The position numbers and the translations under genes were made by a program. The notes under the pieces are model-generated. The model was not told where the DNA came from. It saw only the letters and a program-made list of their open reading frames with translations, and ran no database searches. From NCBI GenBank assembly GCA_965214515.1, contig OZ243955.1, forward strand, positions 2,657,773 through 2,721,772: 64,000 bases of DNA, given 5' to 3'. Source of the stretch: Aggregatilineales bacterium. GTDB taxonomy: Bacteria > Chloroflexota > Anaerolineae > Aggregatilineales > Phototrophicaceae. Positions 45,843 to 55,294 of this stretch are shown here, piece after piece (within the stretch, counting starts at the first letter, position 1; each line of letters starts with the position of its first letter).

Positions 45843-47018
45843 ATGAAATCGACCCAACGTTTTACCTTCTTGATACTTAGCCTTTTAATGGTGGCACTCG
45901 CCTTGCCGGCCGCATTCGCCAGTGAACTGCCGCGGGTGAATACGGACAGCCCCGACAGCGAAAGCGACAGCACGAGGGTTGTGCCAGTTTATGATGCCCG
46001 CCCCACCGGCAACTGGGTCATCCATTACGACCCCAACACCCCCGAAAGTGAAAAGCTGGAATATGTCAACCGCATCGGCGGCGAAATTGTGGAGCGGATT
46101 GACGAACTGGAAATCTGGGTGGTGGATGTCCCCGAACACTTTGGCATGAGCTTTACTTTCGACAGTGATGTCGAATTGATCGAGCAGGATTATTTCGTCA
46201 GCGTCCACTTCAACAATCCGCCCAACGACCCTGATTATGAGCGTCAATGGGCGCTGCCACACATTCAGGCGGAAAGGGCATGGGACGAAATGGGCGAACT
46301 TCAGCCCATCACTGTGGCTGTCATCGACACCGGCGTGTGCATGAGCCACGAAGACCTGGCTGGCCGCGTTTTGGATAATGGCTATGATTTTGTTGACGAT
46401 GACGATGACCCCGAAGATGTCTTCGGGCATGGCTGTTCGGTGGCTGGCATTATCGCCGCCAACATCGATAACGGCATTGGCATCGCGGGCTTTGCGCCCA
46501 ACACCTCGATTCTGCCGGTTCGCGTCTTGGGCGCCAACGGCAGCGGCTCGATGGCGGATGTTGCGGCTGGCATCGTCTATGCCGCGGATAACGGCGCTGA
46601 CATCATTAACCTGTCGCTGGGCAGCGTTATCGGCTCGCAGGCCGGAAAAGACGCGGTCGATTATGCCGTCAGCCAGGGTGCGACGGTGATTGCTTCTGCT
46701 GGCAACAGTGGCGGTTCTACCCCTGGTTATCCGGCGCGTTATGAAAATGTGGTTGCGGTCGGCGCGATTGACCCCGACGGCTCACGCAGCAGCTTCAGCA
46801 ACAAGGGCGGCGATATTTGGGCGCCCGGACGCGATGTCCATACCATTTACCTCGATAACAGCTACCGAGCGCTCAATGGCACCAGTTTCTCCGCGCCTTA
46901 TGTGGCGGCGATGGCGGCGGTTCTCGAGGGCATGGGGCGGGAACTGCATCTGGATGGCGGCGATATGACCTGGGCTTGCATGCTTCAGGGCGCCTGTGAA
47001 CTGGTGCCGGGCAGCTAA
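45843..47018 (+). CDS. Secreted S8 (subtilisin) family serine peptidase
   Basis: Signal peptide and the Asp-His-Ser triad contexts VAVIDTGV, HGCSVAGIIAA and GTSFSAPYVAA. Confidence 0.9.
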   Translation: MKSTQRFTFLILSLLMVALALPAAFASELPRVNTDSPDSESDSTRVVPVYDARPTGNWVIHYDPNTPESEKLEYVNRIGGEIVERIDELEIWVVDVPEHFGMSFTFDSDVELIEQDYFVSVHFNNPPNDPDYERQWALPHIQAERAWDEMGELQPITVAVIDTGVCMSHEDLAGRVLDNGYDFVDDDDDPEDVFGHGCSVAGIIAANIDNGIGIAGFAPNTSILPVRVLGANGSGSMADVAAGIVYAADNGADIINLSLGSVIGSQAGKDAVDYAVSQGATVIASAGNSGGSTPGYPARYENVVAVGAIDPDGSRSSFSNKGGDIWAPGRDVHTIYLDNSYRALNGTSFSAPYVAAMAAVLEGMGRELHLDGGDMTWACMLQGACELVPGS

Positions 47019-47042
47019 ACCAAATCCCACTTAAAATCATGG

Positions 47043-47070
47043 GGGGCAGGCCAGGGGGCTGCCCCTTTTA
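47043..47070 (+). terminator. Putative intrinsic terminator after the S8 peptidase gene
   Basis: GGGGCAG (47043-47049), a 9-nt loop, then CTGCCCC (47059-47065) followed by TTTTAT. It lies 25 nt after the stop codon. Confidence 0.6.
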
Positions 47071-47157
47071 TCATTCTGCCAGCCGGTGTCTGTGAGTTGT
47101 CGTGATGGGTGCCGTGTATAATGGCGGAGAATCAGCCATGACAGCAAAGGACAGGAC

Positions 47158-47769
47158 ATGAGCAGTCAAGTCGAATGGGCGAAACGGATGGCGGCGCTCG
47201 CCCAGACCGGTCTCTATTACGCCAGCAACCCCTTTGACCAGGCACGCTATCAGCAAATCATTGACATCGCTGCCGAGATGCTGGCGGCGGTGGACAATGG
47301 GGACCTGCGGGCGATGCGGCGCTTGCTGGTGCATGAGGATGGCTATATCACCCCCAAGGTTGATGTGCGCGGCGCCGTGTTTCGGGATGGGAAAGTTTTG
47401 CTGGTCAGGGAAGCCGCGGATGGCTTGTGGACGCTGCCGGGCGGCTGGGCAGATGTCGGCGATTCGCCCGCGGAGGCGGTCGAGCGCGAAATCCGTGAGG
47501 AAAGCGGCTACGAGGCGAAGGCGGTCAAGTTAATGGCGCTGGAAGACCGCAAACGGCGCCATCCCGCTTCGGTCTTTGAGGTGTATAAAGTTTTCTTTCT
47601 GTGTACGCTCATCGGCGGGGCAGCCAAAACCAGCGTCGAAACCACGGCAGTCGATTGGTTTCCACAGGACAAGCTGCCCGACCTGTCGCCCGGCCGGGTG
47701 ACCGCTGAGCAGATTCATCGCTGGTTTCGGCATTGGCGGCAGCCGAATCTGCCCAGCGAATTTGACTAG
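47158..47769 (+). CDS. NUDIX hydrolase with an N-terminal NUDIX-associated helical domain
   Basis: Nudix box GGWADVGDSPAEAVEREIREESG and the N-terminal WAKRMAALAQTGLYYASNPFDQARY. An exact TATAAT at 47117-47122 lies upstream. Confidence 0.85.
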   Translation: MSSQVEWAKRMAALAQTGLYYASNPFDQARYQQIIDIAAEMLAAVDNGDLRAMRRLLVHEDGYITPKVDVRGAVFRDGKVLLVREAADGLWTLPGGWADVGDSPAEAVEREIREESGYEAKAVKLMALEDRKRRHPASVFEVYKVFFLCTLIGGAAKTSVETTAVDWFPQDKLPDLSPGRVTAEQIHRWFRHWRQPNLPSEFD

Positions 47770-48596
47770 GTTAAAGCTAAAATCCGCGCTGGGCCGCCTG
47801 AGCCCTCCTCATATTTGGGAATGCCGCAGACGACGGTCGCGTGCGTATCCTTGATGCCTGCCAGATTGGCGACATTTTCGATGCCGAGCAAGCCCGCGCC
47901 CAGAATAATCACGTGGGTGTCAAAGGTGGCCGAGATGCCGTGGTCAATGCTGAGCGTGTCGACGCCGATGCCATGTATCGAACGTTCGCCAACCAGCCAT
48001 TCGGATGCTTCGGGGCTGAATCCGGGGAAGTGCAGGCCCTCGCCGTCACCGAGGAAGGCCTGTGTGCCGATGAGTTCCTCCCAGCCTGAATACATCATCA
48101 CGAATGCGCCTTCGGGGATGTCGCCGTGGGCGCTTTCCCAGGCTTTCAGGTCATCGACGGTGACCAGCGTATCGGCATCTTCTTCGGCGCGGGCGGCGAT
48201 GTCAATCACGACGGCCGGGCCGACAAGCATGGCGGCGGGAAAGGCATCGACCCGCAGCCCGTCGGCGATAAAGTGTCCGGGAAAATCCATGTGGGTGCCC
48301 GTGTGTTCGGCAAATACCCAGCGCTGGATGTAATAGCCATCGTTCTCGACTGTGACCAGGGTTTCGCGTTCGGCTTGCGGTCCGCCGGGGAAGACGGGAA
48401 AATCCGTGCTGAAGGCATGGCTGAGGTCAATCACGGCACTCATGCCGTGCATATCCGCCCGCGCCATCTGTGGCGTCAAAGCGGCGCCAGCAGCGAGGAC
48501 ACTGCTCAGCTTGAGGAAATGGCGGCGGCTGACTTGTGGCAGCCCTTCTTTTTTGATGCGTTCGCGGACGGTCTTGGCAACATATTCATTACACAT
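47766..48596 (-). CDS. Cyclase family protein (arylformamidase/kynurenine formamidase-like) with a Tat signal
   Basis: Twin-arginine motif SRRHFLKLSSVLAAGAAL and HTGTHMDFPGH-type metal motifs. Confidence 0.8.
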   Translation of the reverse strand: MCNEYVAKTVRERIKKEGLPQVSRRHFLKLSSVLAAGAALTPQMARADMHGMSAVIDLSHAFSTDFPVFPGGPQAERETLVTVENDGYYIQRWVFAEHTGTHMDFPGHFIADGLRVDAFPAAMLVGPAVVIDIAARAEEDADTLVTVDDLKAWESAHGDIPEGAFVMMYSGWEELIGTQAFLGDGEGLHFPGFSPEASEWLVGERSIHGIGVDTLSIDHGISATFDTHVIILGAGLLGIENVANLAGIKDTHATVVCGIPKYEEGSGGPARILALT

Positions 48597-48695
48597 AAGA
48601 CATCTCCTAAAATACTATTTTGTTATGATAAATAGTATAGTCCAAACTGTTCGCGGCGCAACTCGCGCGAGTTGGCAGCTGATAAGGGGGAGACC

Positions 48696-50387
48696 ATGAG
48701 CGAATACTATAATCTGGGCAGCTATTCACGCCAAGTCACCACGGATTCTGCTGATGCGCAGTTGTGGTTTGACCGCGGCTTGATGTGGCTTTATGGCTAT
48801 AACCATGCTGAGGCGGTCAAATGCTTTCGGCGCGCGCTTCAGCATGACCCGACCTGCGTTATGGCGAACTGGGGCGCCGCCTATGGCGTGGGCTGCAATT
48901 ACAACAAGAGATGGGAGGTCTTTTCGCCAGAGATGGTCGCGGCGGCGATGCAGCAGGCACGGGCGGCCATTCTGGCGGGCTGCGCCCATCTTGACAAGGC
49001 GACACCGCTCGAAGCTGCGCTGCTGCGGGCGTTGGAGAAGCGCTTTCAGCGCGAGGGCCAGCACGAGGTGGAACTGCTGGAAAGCTGGAATGACGACTAT
49101 GCGGCCGCCATGCGCGGCGTTTATCGGCGCTATGGGGATGATTGGGATGTGGCTGCCCTGTTTGCCGAAGCCCTCATCAACCGCACCCCCTGGCAATTAT
49201 GGGACCTGGATACAGGTCAGCCGGCGGATGATGCCGATACCCTTGAAGCCATTGCGGTTGTCGAACGCGCTCTCTTACAGGTGGAAGCCGCTCAGGCGCC
49301 GCCGCATCCAGCCCTGCTGCACATCTACATTCACCTGATGGAGATGTCGTCCCATCCCGAAAAAGCGCTGCCGGCCGCGGATGCCCTGCGCGAACTGATA
49401 CCCGATGCCGGCCATCTCAAACACATGCCCTCGCATATCGACATCCTCTGCGGCGATTATTATAACGCGGTCCTGGCGAACCGGCGTGCCATCGCGGTGG
49501 ATAACCGCTTTGCCGAACAGGATGGCGACATCAACGAATATACCTTTTACCGCGCCCACAACATCCACTTCAAAATTTACGCGGCGATGCTGCTCGGTCA
49601 GTATGGAACAGCCATGCAAGCCGTTGATGAGGTGGTATGCCTGGCGCACGAGGACTTGCTGCGGGTGCAACATCCGCCTATGGCAGACCACCTGGAGGGC
49701 TTGCTGTCGATGCGCGTCCATGTCCTGATTCGCTTTGGCAAATGGCAGGAAATCCTTGACGAACCCTTTCCTCAGGACGCGCTTCTTTACTGCAATACGA
49801 CCGCGATGCTGCACTATGCGCGGGCCATCGCGCTGGCGGCCTTGCGCCGCTTTGACGAGGCTGATGCCGAGGCGGCGGCTTTTCAGGCGGCCCAGGCCAG
49901 GGTGCCCGATACCCGTTACATCTTCAATAACAGCTGCATCGATGTTCTGGAAATCGCTGCGGCGATGATGCAGGGCGAGGTGGCCTATCACCAGGGCCGC
50001 TGCGACATCGCTTTCGCTCATCTGCGTCAAGCCGTCTTTCTCGATGACCATCTCAACTACAGCGAGCCCTGGGGCTGGATGATGCCGACCCGCCACGCGC
50101 TGGGCGCACTTCTGCTGGAGCAGGGGCAAATTGAGGCCGCGCTGGCGGTCTATCGCGCCGACCTCGGCTTGGACCAGTCGATTCGCCGTGCCTTGCAGCA
50201 CCCCAACAACGTCTGGAGTCTGCATGGGTATGTGACCTGCCTCGACCAACTGGGCAGAACTGCCGAAGCCAATGCCATGCGCCAGCGGCTTGATTTGGCC
50301 CTGGCGCGGGCTGATGTGGAAATCAGCGCTTCCTGCTTCTGTGCGTCGGGGCATCATCATGCTGATGGTGATGGCTGCTGTCACTAG
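48696..50387 (+). CDS. TPR-like helical repeat protein with a Cys/His-rich C-terminal tail
   Basis: N-terminus MSEYYNLGSYSRQVTT.SADAQLWFDRGL.WLYGYNHAEAVKCFRRAL and C-terminus SCFCASGHHHADGDGCCH. GGGGGAG lies upstream of the ATG at 48696. Confidence 0.7.
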   Translation: MSEYYNLGSYSRQVTTDSADAQLWFDRGLMWLYGYNHAEAVKCFRRALQHDPTCVMANWGAAYGVGCNYNKRWEVFSPEMVAAAMQQARAAILAGCAHLDKATPLEAALLRALEKRFQREGQHEVELLESWNDDYAAAMRGVYRRYGDDWDVAALFAEALINRTPWQLWDLDTGQPADDADTLEAIAVVERALLQVEAAQAPPHPALLHIYIHLMEMSSHPEKALPAADALRELIPDAGHLKHMPSHIDILCGDYYNAVLANRRAIAVDNRFAEQDGDINEYTFYRAHNIHFKIYAAMLLGQYGTAMQAVDEVVCLAHEDLLRVQHPPMADHLEGLLSMRVHVLIRFGKWQEILDEPFPQDALLYCNTTAMLHYARAIALAALRRFDEADAEAAAFQAAQARVPDTRYIFNNSCIDVLEIAAAMMQGEVAYHQGRCDIAFAHLRQAVFLDDHLNYSEPWGWMMPTRHALGALLLEQGQIEAALAVYRADLGLDQSIRRALQHPNNVWSLHGYVTCLDQLGRTAEANAMRQRLDLALARADVEISASCFCASGHHHADGDGCCH

Positions 50388-50400
50388 GTCTGGCTGCAGC

Positions 50401-50429
50401 TTGACGCGCCTAAGCAGAATGGTTATAAT
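50401..50429 (+). promoter_or_regulatory. Near-consensus sigma-70-type promoter (TTGACG - 17 nt - TATAAT) upstream of the P1B ATPase gene
   Basis: TTGACG at 50401-50406, an exactly 17-nt spacer, and TATAAT at 50424-50429, 51 nt upstream of the ATG at 50480. Confidence 0.5.
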
Positions 50430-50479
50430 TATGTAGGTTAAAAGTTAATGATACGTTATCTCAATAGCGGAGTCATCTG

Positions 50480-52651
50480 ATGCCAAGACGACACTATCAA
50501 ATTGGCAATATGGACTGCGCTGGCTGCGCCCGCGAAGTTCAGACGGCTATTGAAAAGCTGGAGGGCGTTGATTTCGCTCATGTTGATTTTGTGAGCCATA
50601 GCCTGCAACTTGGCGGTCATGTCGAATACGAGACGCTCAAAGCCCAGGTGGAATCGCTGGGCAAGACCCTGCTGCCTGTCGAACCAGGCCGCAGCCAAAA
50701 CGGGGCGAAACCCGCGCGGGCAGGCCTGCCTGGCTTCTGGGATTATCTGTGGGGGCGAAGTTCAAGCCGCGTGGGGATTTATGGCGGCTTGCTGCTGCTG
50801 GTGGCGCTGCTGCTGGATGGGCTGCGGCTGGCGCCGACGGGCCTTGTCAGCGTGATTTATACGCTGTCGCTGGCGCTGGCGATTAAGCCGATTGCCGTCA
50901 ATGGCCTCAATACGCTGCGCATCAACCGCGAATTCAACATCAATATGCTGATGACCATCGCAGCTGTGGGTGCGCTGATACTGGGCGAATATCTGGAAGC
51001 GGCGATGGTGATTTTTCTGTTTTCCATTGGCGAGGCGCTGGAAGGATATACGGCTGACCGGGCGCGGGACAGCCTGCGGAGCCTGGTCGCGCTCAAGCCT
51101 TTGACCGCCAATCGCATCAGCGGTCATCAAACCGAGGTGGTTGCGGTCGAAGAGCTGCGGATCGATGACCGAATTCGGGTGCTGCCTGGCGAAAAAATCC
51201 CGATGGATGGGGAGGTGCTGGCTGGTCACAGCCAAGTCAATCAGGCGACTGTCACGGGTGAGAGCCTGCCAGCAGCCAAATCAGCGGGGGATGAGGTCTT
51301 TGCCGGATCCATCAATGGCGAGGGGGCGCTCGATATTCGCGTCAGCCGACTTTCGCAGGACAACACCCTCAGCCGAATTATCGACCTGCTGCAAAATGCC
51401 CAGTCCCTTCGCGCCCCCAGCCAGCGCCTCGTTGACCGATTCGCGCAGTTCTATACACCGACGGTCGCGCTGGCGGCCTTGGCGGTCGCCTTGATTCCGC
51501 CGCTGGTCTTGGGTCAGCCTTTTCAGGACACAGCCGCGGGGCCGGGCTGGCTGTATCGCGCCCTTTCGATGCTGGTGATTGCCTGCCCTTGCGCGCTGGT
51601 CATCAGCACGCCGGTCACCGTGATTAGCGCGGTTGCGGCGGCGGCGCGGCAGGGTGTGCTGATAAAAGGCGGCGCCCATCTGGAGACACTGGCACAGGTT
51701 AAAACAGCTGCCTTTGATAAAACTGGCACGCTCACCGCCGGCAAGCTCACCGTCACCGCCACGCATACCAACCATTGCGCCCAAAGCCAGCCTTGTAAGC
51801 CATGCGATGAACTGCTGTCGCTGGCCGCTGCGGTTGAAGCGCAGAGTACGCATCCCTTTGCCGCGGCGATACTGGCATCGGCGCAGGCGCGTGACTTTGA
51901 CTGCGCGGCCGCCAGCCAAGTCGAAACGCTGGCGGGGCAGGGCATACGCGGTACGGTGGATGGCAGGCGGGTGACGGTTGGCAGCCACAGCTACTTTGAG
52001 CATAAATTCGCGCACAGTTCGCATCTCTGTGAGGCTGCCCGGCAAATCGAAGCCCAGGGTCAAAGCGCGGTGATGGTGCATGATGGCGATGCGGTGCGCG
52101 GTGTCATCGCCCTTGCCGATGCGCCGCGTGCCGAAAGCAGGCGCGTCCTCTCCGAATTGCGTCAGATGGGGATTCAATCGGTCATGCTGACGGGTGACAA
52201 TGGGACTGTTGCCCGCGTGATTGGCGAACAGGTGGGGGTGGACAGCGTTCTGGCTGAGCTTCTGCCACAGGACAAGGTCAGCGCTATCGAAAATCTGCCC
52301 GCGCAGGTTCAGCCTGTCGCCATGATTGGCGATGGCATCAACGATACACCCGCCTTGGCGGCGGCATCGGTGGGGATTGCGATGGGGGGCGCTGGCAGCG
52401 CCCAGGCGATGGAAACTGCCGACATCGTTTTGATGGCGAATCATCTCAAGCAGCTGCCCGCCACCATTCGCCTGGCACGTTTTGCCCGTCGCCTGATTCA
52501 GCAGAATATCCTGCTGTCGCTCGGCTTGAAAGCGGTCTTCCTGCTGCTCGCCTTGACGGGCAGCGTGACGATGCTGGCGGCTGTCTTCGCTGATATGGGC
52601 ATGTCGCTGGTGGTGACCCTCAACGGGATGCGAGCGCTGAAAAAACGCTAG
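50480..52651 (+). CDS. zntA: Heavy-metal translocating P1B-type ATPase, Zn/Cd/Pb (P1B-2)-like
   Basis: HMA domain GNMDCAGCAREV, TM6 CPCALVISTP, DKTGTLT and GDGINDTPAL. The TM7 Lys (SLGLKAVF) and TM8 ADMG (DxG) match ZntA/CadA rather than Cu pumps. Confidence 0.88.
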   Translation: MPRRHYQIGNMDCAGCAREVQTAIEKLEGVDFAHVDFVSHSLQLGGHVEYETLKAQVESLGKTLLPVEPGRSQNGAKPARAGLPGFWDYLWGRSSSRVGIYGGLLLLVALLLDGLRLAPTGLVSVIYTLSLALAIKPIAVNGLNTLRINREFNINMLMTIAAVGALILGEYLEAAMVIFLFSIGEALEGYTADRARDSLRSLVALKPLTANRISGHQTEVVAVEELRIDDRIRVLPGEKIPMDGEVLAGHSQVNQATVTGESLPAAKSAGDEVFAGSINGEGALDIRVSRLSQDNTLSRIIDLLQNAQSLRAPSQRLVDRFAQFYTPTVALAALAVALIPPLVLGQPFQDTAAGPGWLYRALSMLVIACPCALVISTPVTVISAVAAAARQGVLIKGGAHLETLAQVKTAAFDKTGTLTAGKLTVTATHTNHCAQSQPCKPCDELLSLAAAVEAQSTHPFAAAILASAQARDFDCAAASQVETLAGQGIRGTVDGRRVTVGSHSYFEHKFAHSSHLCEAARQIEAQGQSAVMVHDGDAVRGVIALADAPRAESRRVLSELRQMGIQSVMLTGDNGTVARVIGEQVGVDSVLAELLPQDKVSAIENLPAQVQPVAMIGDGINDTPALAAASVGIAMGGAGSAQAMETADIVLMANHLKQLPATIRLARFARRLIQQNILLSLGLKAVFLLLALTGSVTMLAAVFADMGMSLVVTLNGMRALKKR

Positions 52652-54009
52652 CTGCCAAAGTCCCGCTGGACAACCTGATTAAAGAATCTCCTGGCGAAAT
52701 CTTCGGCTTTGCCTTCCTGTATGCCGCTTATTGTTAAGGCGACAAAAGCCTGTCTTTCCATATCAAAGCCAATCTGAAAAATGTCGGGCTTGTTCGATTG
52801 TGTGATGTCCCCAAGAGGGACATAGCTGTAATCAATATCTTTGGCAATGATGAGGATGACCCGCGCTCGCTGTCTTAATCTGTAATCCGAGTAACCAAAA
52901 AAGAGGAGGTATCTGGCGCGGCGATTGTCCCGCTTGAAATCAATGCCGAAAAACCAGGTTCGCTTGGCCGACCCGCCATCACGCAGGCTAAGATATTTTT
53001 CAAATCTGAGCGTGCCAAAATCCTTGAAATTCAAATAGGCGCTGCCAACAGTGATTGCCTGATTGAAATCGTCAACAGTTTGTTTGAAGTAACTCTTGAG
53101 AAGCTCCATGGCACGCAGCCAGACCTCATATTCATTTCGTGCTTGGCTTATAGCAGGCGCTTCAAAACGCGCGGTCATTGAGGCCAGCCATTCCTGCTCT
53201 TCTCGCTGTTCTTTAGCCGCTTTTTCCCATTCCTCCAGGCTTTCTTCCACATTTTCGTAGATTAGCTCGATGAGTGGCGTTAAGTCTCCCGCCTGTGATT
53301 CTTCGAGCGCATCATAATAGCGCAGTCGGTCATCCCGCGTGATAATGCAGATAGGATAACCCCGTCTCATCAAAATCAGGTTCATTAAAATTCGAGCGGT
53401 GCGTCCATTGCCATCAATGAAGGGGTGGATTTGCGCCAGCCAGGCATGTGCCGCGGCGGCGCATAAGACAGGCAGGTCGGATTCGGGGTGGGCGGGTGAT
53501 GTGACTGCCTGAATATAAGCGCCCAAGCTGTCCATCTGCGGGCTTATCGAGTGGGCTTGGGGCGGTTTGTAATCAGAACCGGAAATCGCCACCTCACTGT
53601 GGCGGTACTTGCCGGCATATTCGTCTTGTATATCTTTCAGAATGAGGGCGTGAATCTGGCGCAAGTCATTCAGGGTAATCGGCTTTTGTGTTGAAACGGC
53701 CATTTCTTCCATGAAGTCCAGCGCATGGGACAGGTTTTTTGCCTCTGCCTGGTCTCTTAATGTTTTTCCCGTCAGGGTCATGCCCATTTCGACAACCATG
53801 CGGGTTTCGCCAATGGTGAGCGCGTTGCCCTCAATCGCGTTGGAATGATAAATGCCCTTGATTCTGAAGTATCGTCGAATTCGCTTTAACACCTGCGGAT
53901 TGAGCTTGCCGACCTGGCGCATTTCCCGAACGCGACCATGCAAATCCAGCAGTCGCTTCTCAACATTTGCATGATACATAAACGCTGTGCCAGCGAGGTC
54001 TTTGGGCAT
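52648..54009 (-). CDS. Fic family protein (class II, N-terminal inhibitory motif) with an uncharacterised ~200-aa C-terminal domain
   Basis: Fic motif HPFIDGNGRTARILMN and inhibitory (S/T)xxxE(G/N) motif HSNAIEGN. Start set at the ATG at 54009 (MPKDLAGT), because the longer track ORF overlaps the upstream DegT gene. Lower G+C (sampled lines 42-43%). Confidence 0.8.
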   Translation of the reverse strand: MPKDLAGTAFMYHANVEKRLLDLHGRVREMRQVGKLNPQVLKRIRRYFRIKGIYHSNAIEGNALTIGETRMVVEMGMTLTGKTLRDQAEAKNLSHALDFMEEMAVSTQKPITLNDLRQIHALILKDIQDEYAGKYRHSEVAISGSDYKPPQAHSISPQMDSLGAYIQAVTSPAHPESDLPVLCAAAAHAWLAQIHPFIDGNGRTARILMNLILMRRGYPICIITRDDRLRYYDALEESQAGDLTPLIELIYENVEESLEEWEKAAKEQREEQEWLASMTARFEAPAISQARNEYEVWLRAMELLKSYFKQTVDDFNQAITVGSAYLNFKDFGTLRFEKYLSLRDGGSAKRTWFFGIDFKRDNRRARYLLFFGYSDYRLRQRARVILIIAKDIDYSYVPLGDITQSNKPDIFQIGFDMERQAFVALTISGIQEGKAEDFARRFFNQVVQRDFGS

Positions 54010-54040
54010 ATCCGTTTGTATCCCGCGGCTCGACTGTTTG

Positions 54041-55267
54041 TCAAAGCAATTCCTGGGCGTGTTCGTGTATTTTCCGAATGGCGGCCGTAATCTCGTGCAT
54101 GTCTTGCTCATCGCCCAGCAGGGCATTCTGTGTAATCCAGACGCTCTCCTCGGCTTGTCGGATGGCGTTGGGGAAGGGATGATGCAGAAAGTCATGCGCC
54201 TGCGCTGCCTGTTCGCCACTGAGCCGCTGCCGGTAGCTGCCATTGGTAAAGACATCCAGTTGATGCAGTGGCGGATACGGCGCCTGCAAGGGAATGCCCT
54301 CGGCTTCCAGCGCGGCTGTGAATCGCTGTCTGGAGATGCCCGAAAAGGCGCGACTGTCGAAATGAAAGATATAAGCGTAATGCCCGTTGCGCGTCACCCG
54401 CTCATCGTGGACTTGCGGGCTGATGCCGGGTATGCTGCCCAGCAAGCTATCCAGCAGACGTCCATTTTGATGACGGCGGGCCGTCTGTTCTTCGAGGCGG
54501 GTTAATTGGGCGCCTAAAACAGCGCCTTGCCATTCGCTCAAACGGTAATTCGAGCCATAGACAAAATGACTGTAAAACCATTCGCCCGGCATCCGACCGC
54601 AGTCATGGGTGGACCGCGCGAGACGTTCAAACTCGTCGTCGTTGGTGACAATCATCCCGCCTTCGCCGGCGGTCATCGTTTTGCTTGCCTGGAAGCTGAA
54701 GGTGCCGCCTTTGCCGAAGGTGCCGATTTTGCGTCCGCGCCATTCGCTGCCATGCGCATGAGCGCTGTCTTCCAGCAGCGCGATTCCATGTTTGGCAGCC
54801 ACCGCCGTCAGCTGATCCAGGTCAGCCGGCAGTCCGCCCATGTGTACTGCAATCATCGCTTTGGTTTTCTCCGTGATGGCCGCCTCGACAAGTTCAGGGT
54901 CAATGCAATAGGTATCGGCTCTGACATCGACCAGCACCGGCAAGGCGCCGGCAAACAGAACCGCGCTGGCGGTCGCCACGAAGGTTGCGTCTGGCACAAT
55001 GACCTCATCGCCCGGCCCCACTCCCAAGGCAGCCAGCGCCACCTCAATGGCGTGAGTGCCGTTGGTGATGGCAATGCCATGTTTTGCCTGATGGAAGGCT
55101 GCGAATTTACCCTCAAATTCGAGGGTCTTGGTTCCTGGCGTGCGCCACCAAACCCGGCTCTCCAGCACTTCATTGAGCGCTTCTCGTTCCAAGTCGTCAT
55201 AGATGGGCCAAAGGGGGAATGGCTTGGTCTTGCTGGGTGGCGCGCCATGGATGGCAAGTTTGGGCAT
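54041..55267 (-). CDS. DegT/DnrJ/EryC1/StrS family PLP-dependent sugar aminotransferase
   Basis: 408 aa with the PLP-Lys context TFSFQASKTMTAGEGG and an N-terminal fold typical of the family. Confidence 0.88.
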   Translation of the reverse strand: MPKLAIHGAPPSKTKPFPLWPIYDDLEREALNEVLESRVWWRTPGTKTLEFEGKFAAFHQAKHGIAITNGTHAIEVALAALGVGPGDEVIVPDATFVATASAVLFAGALPVLVDVRADTYCIDPELVEAAITEKTKAMIAVHMGGLPADLDQLTAVAAKHGIALLEDSAHAHGSEWRGRKIGTFGKGGTFSFQASKTMTAGEGGMIVTNDDEFERLARSTHDCGRMPGEWFYSHFVYGSNYRLSEWQGAVLGAQLTRLEEQTARRHQNGRLLDSLLGSIPGISPQVHDERVTRNGHYAYIFHFDSRAFSGISRQRFTAALEAEGIPLQAPYPPLHQLDVFTNGSYRQRLSGEQAAQAHDFLHHPFPNAIRQAEESVWITQNALLGDEQDMHEITAAIRKIHEHAQELL

Positions 55268-55294
55268 ATTGACTTCTCCTATTTTATCAGAAGC

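Noticed and set aside
50401-50479. MerR-type (ZntR/CadR) regulated promoter, or an ArsR/SmtB 12-2-12 operator, upstream of the zntA-like gene.
   Set aside because: The -35/-10 spacer is 17 nt rather than the 19-20 nt characteristic of MerR-family promoters. Only weak, imperfect dyads (GTTAATGATACGTTATC) occur between the -10 box and the start codon.
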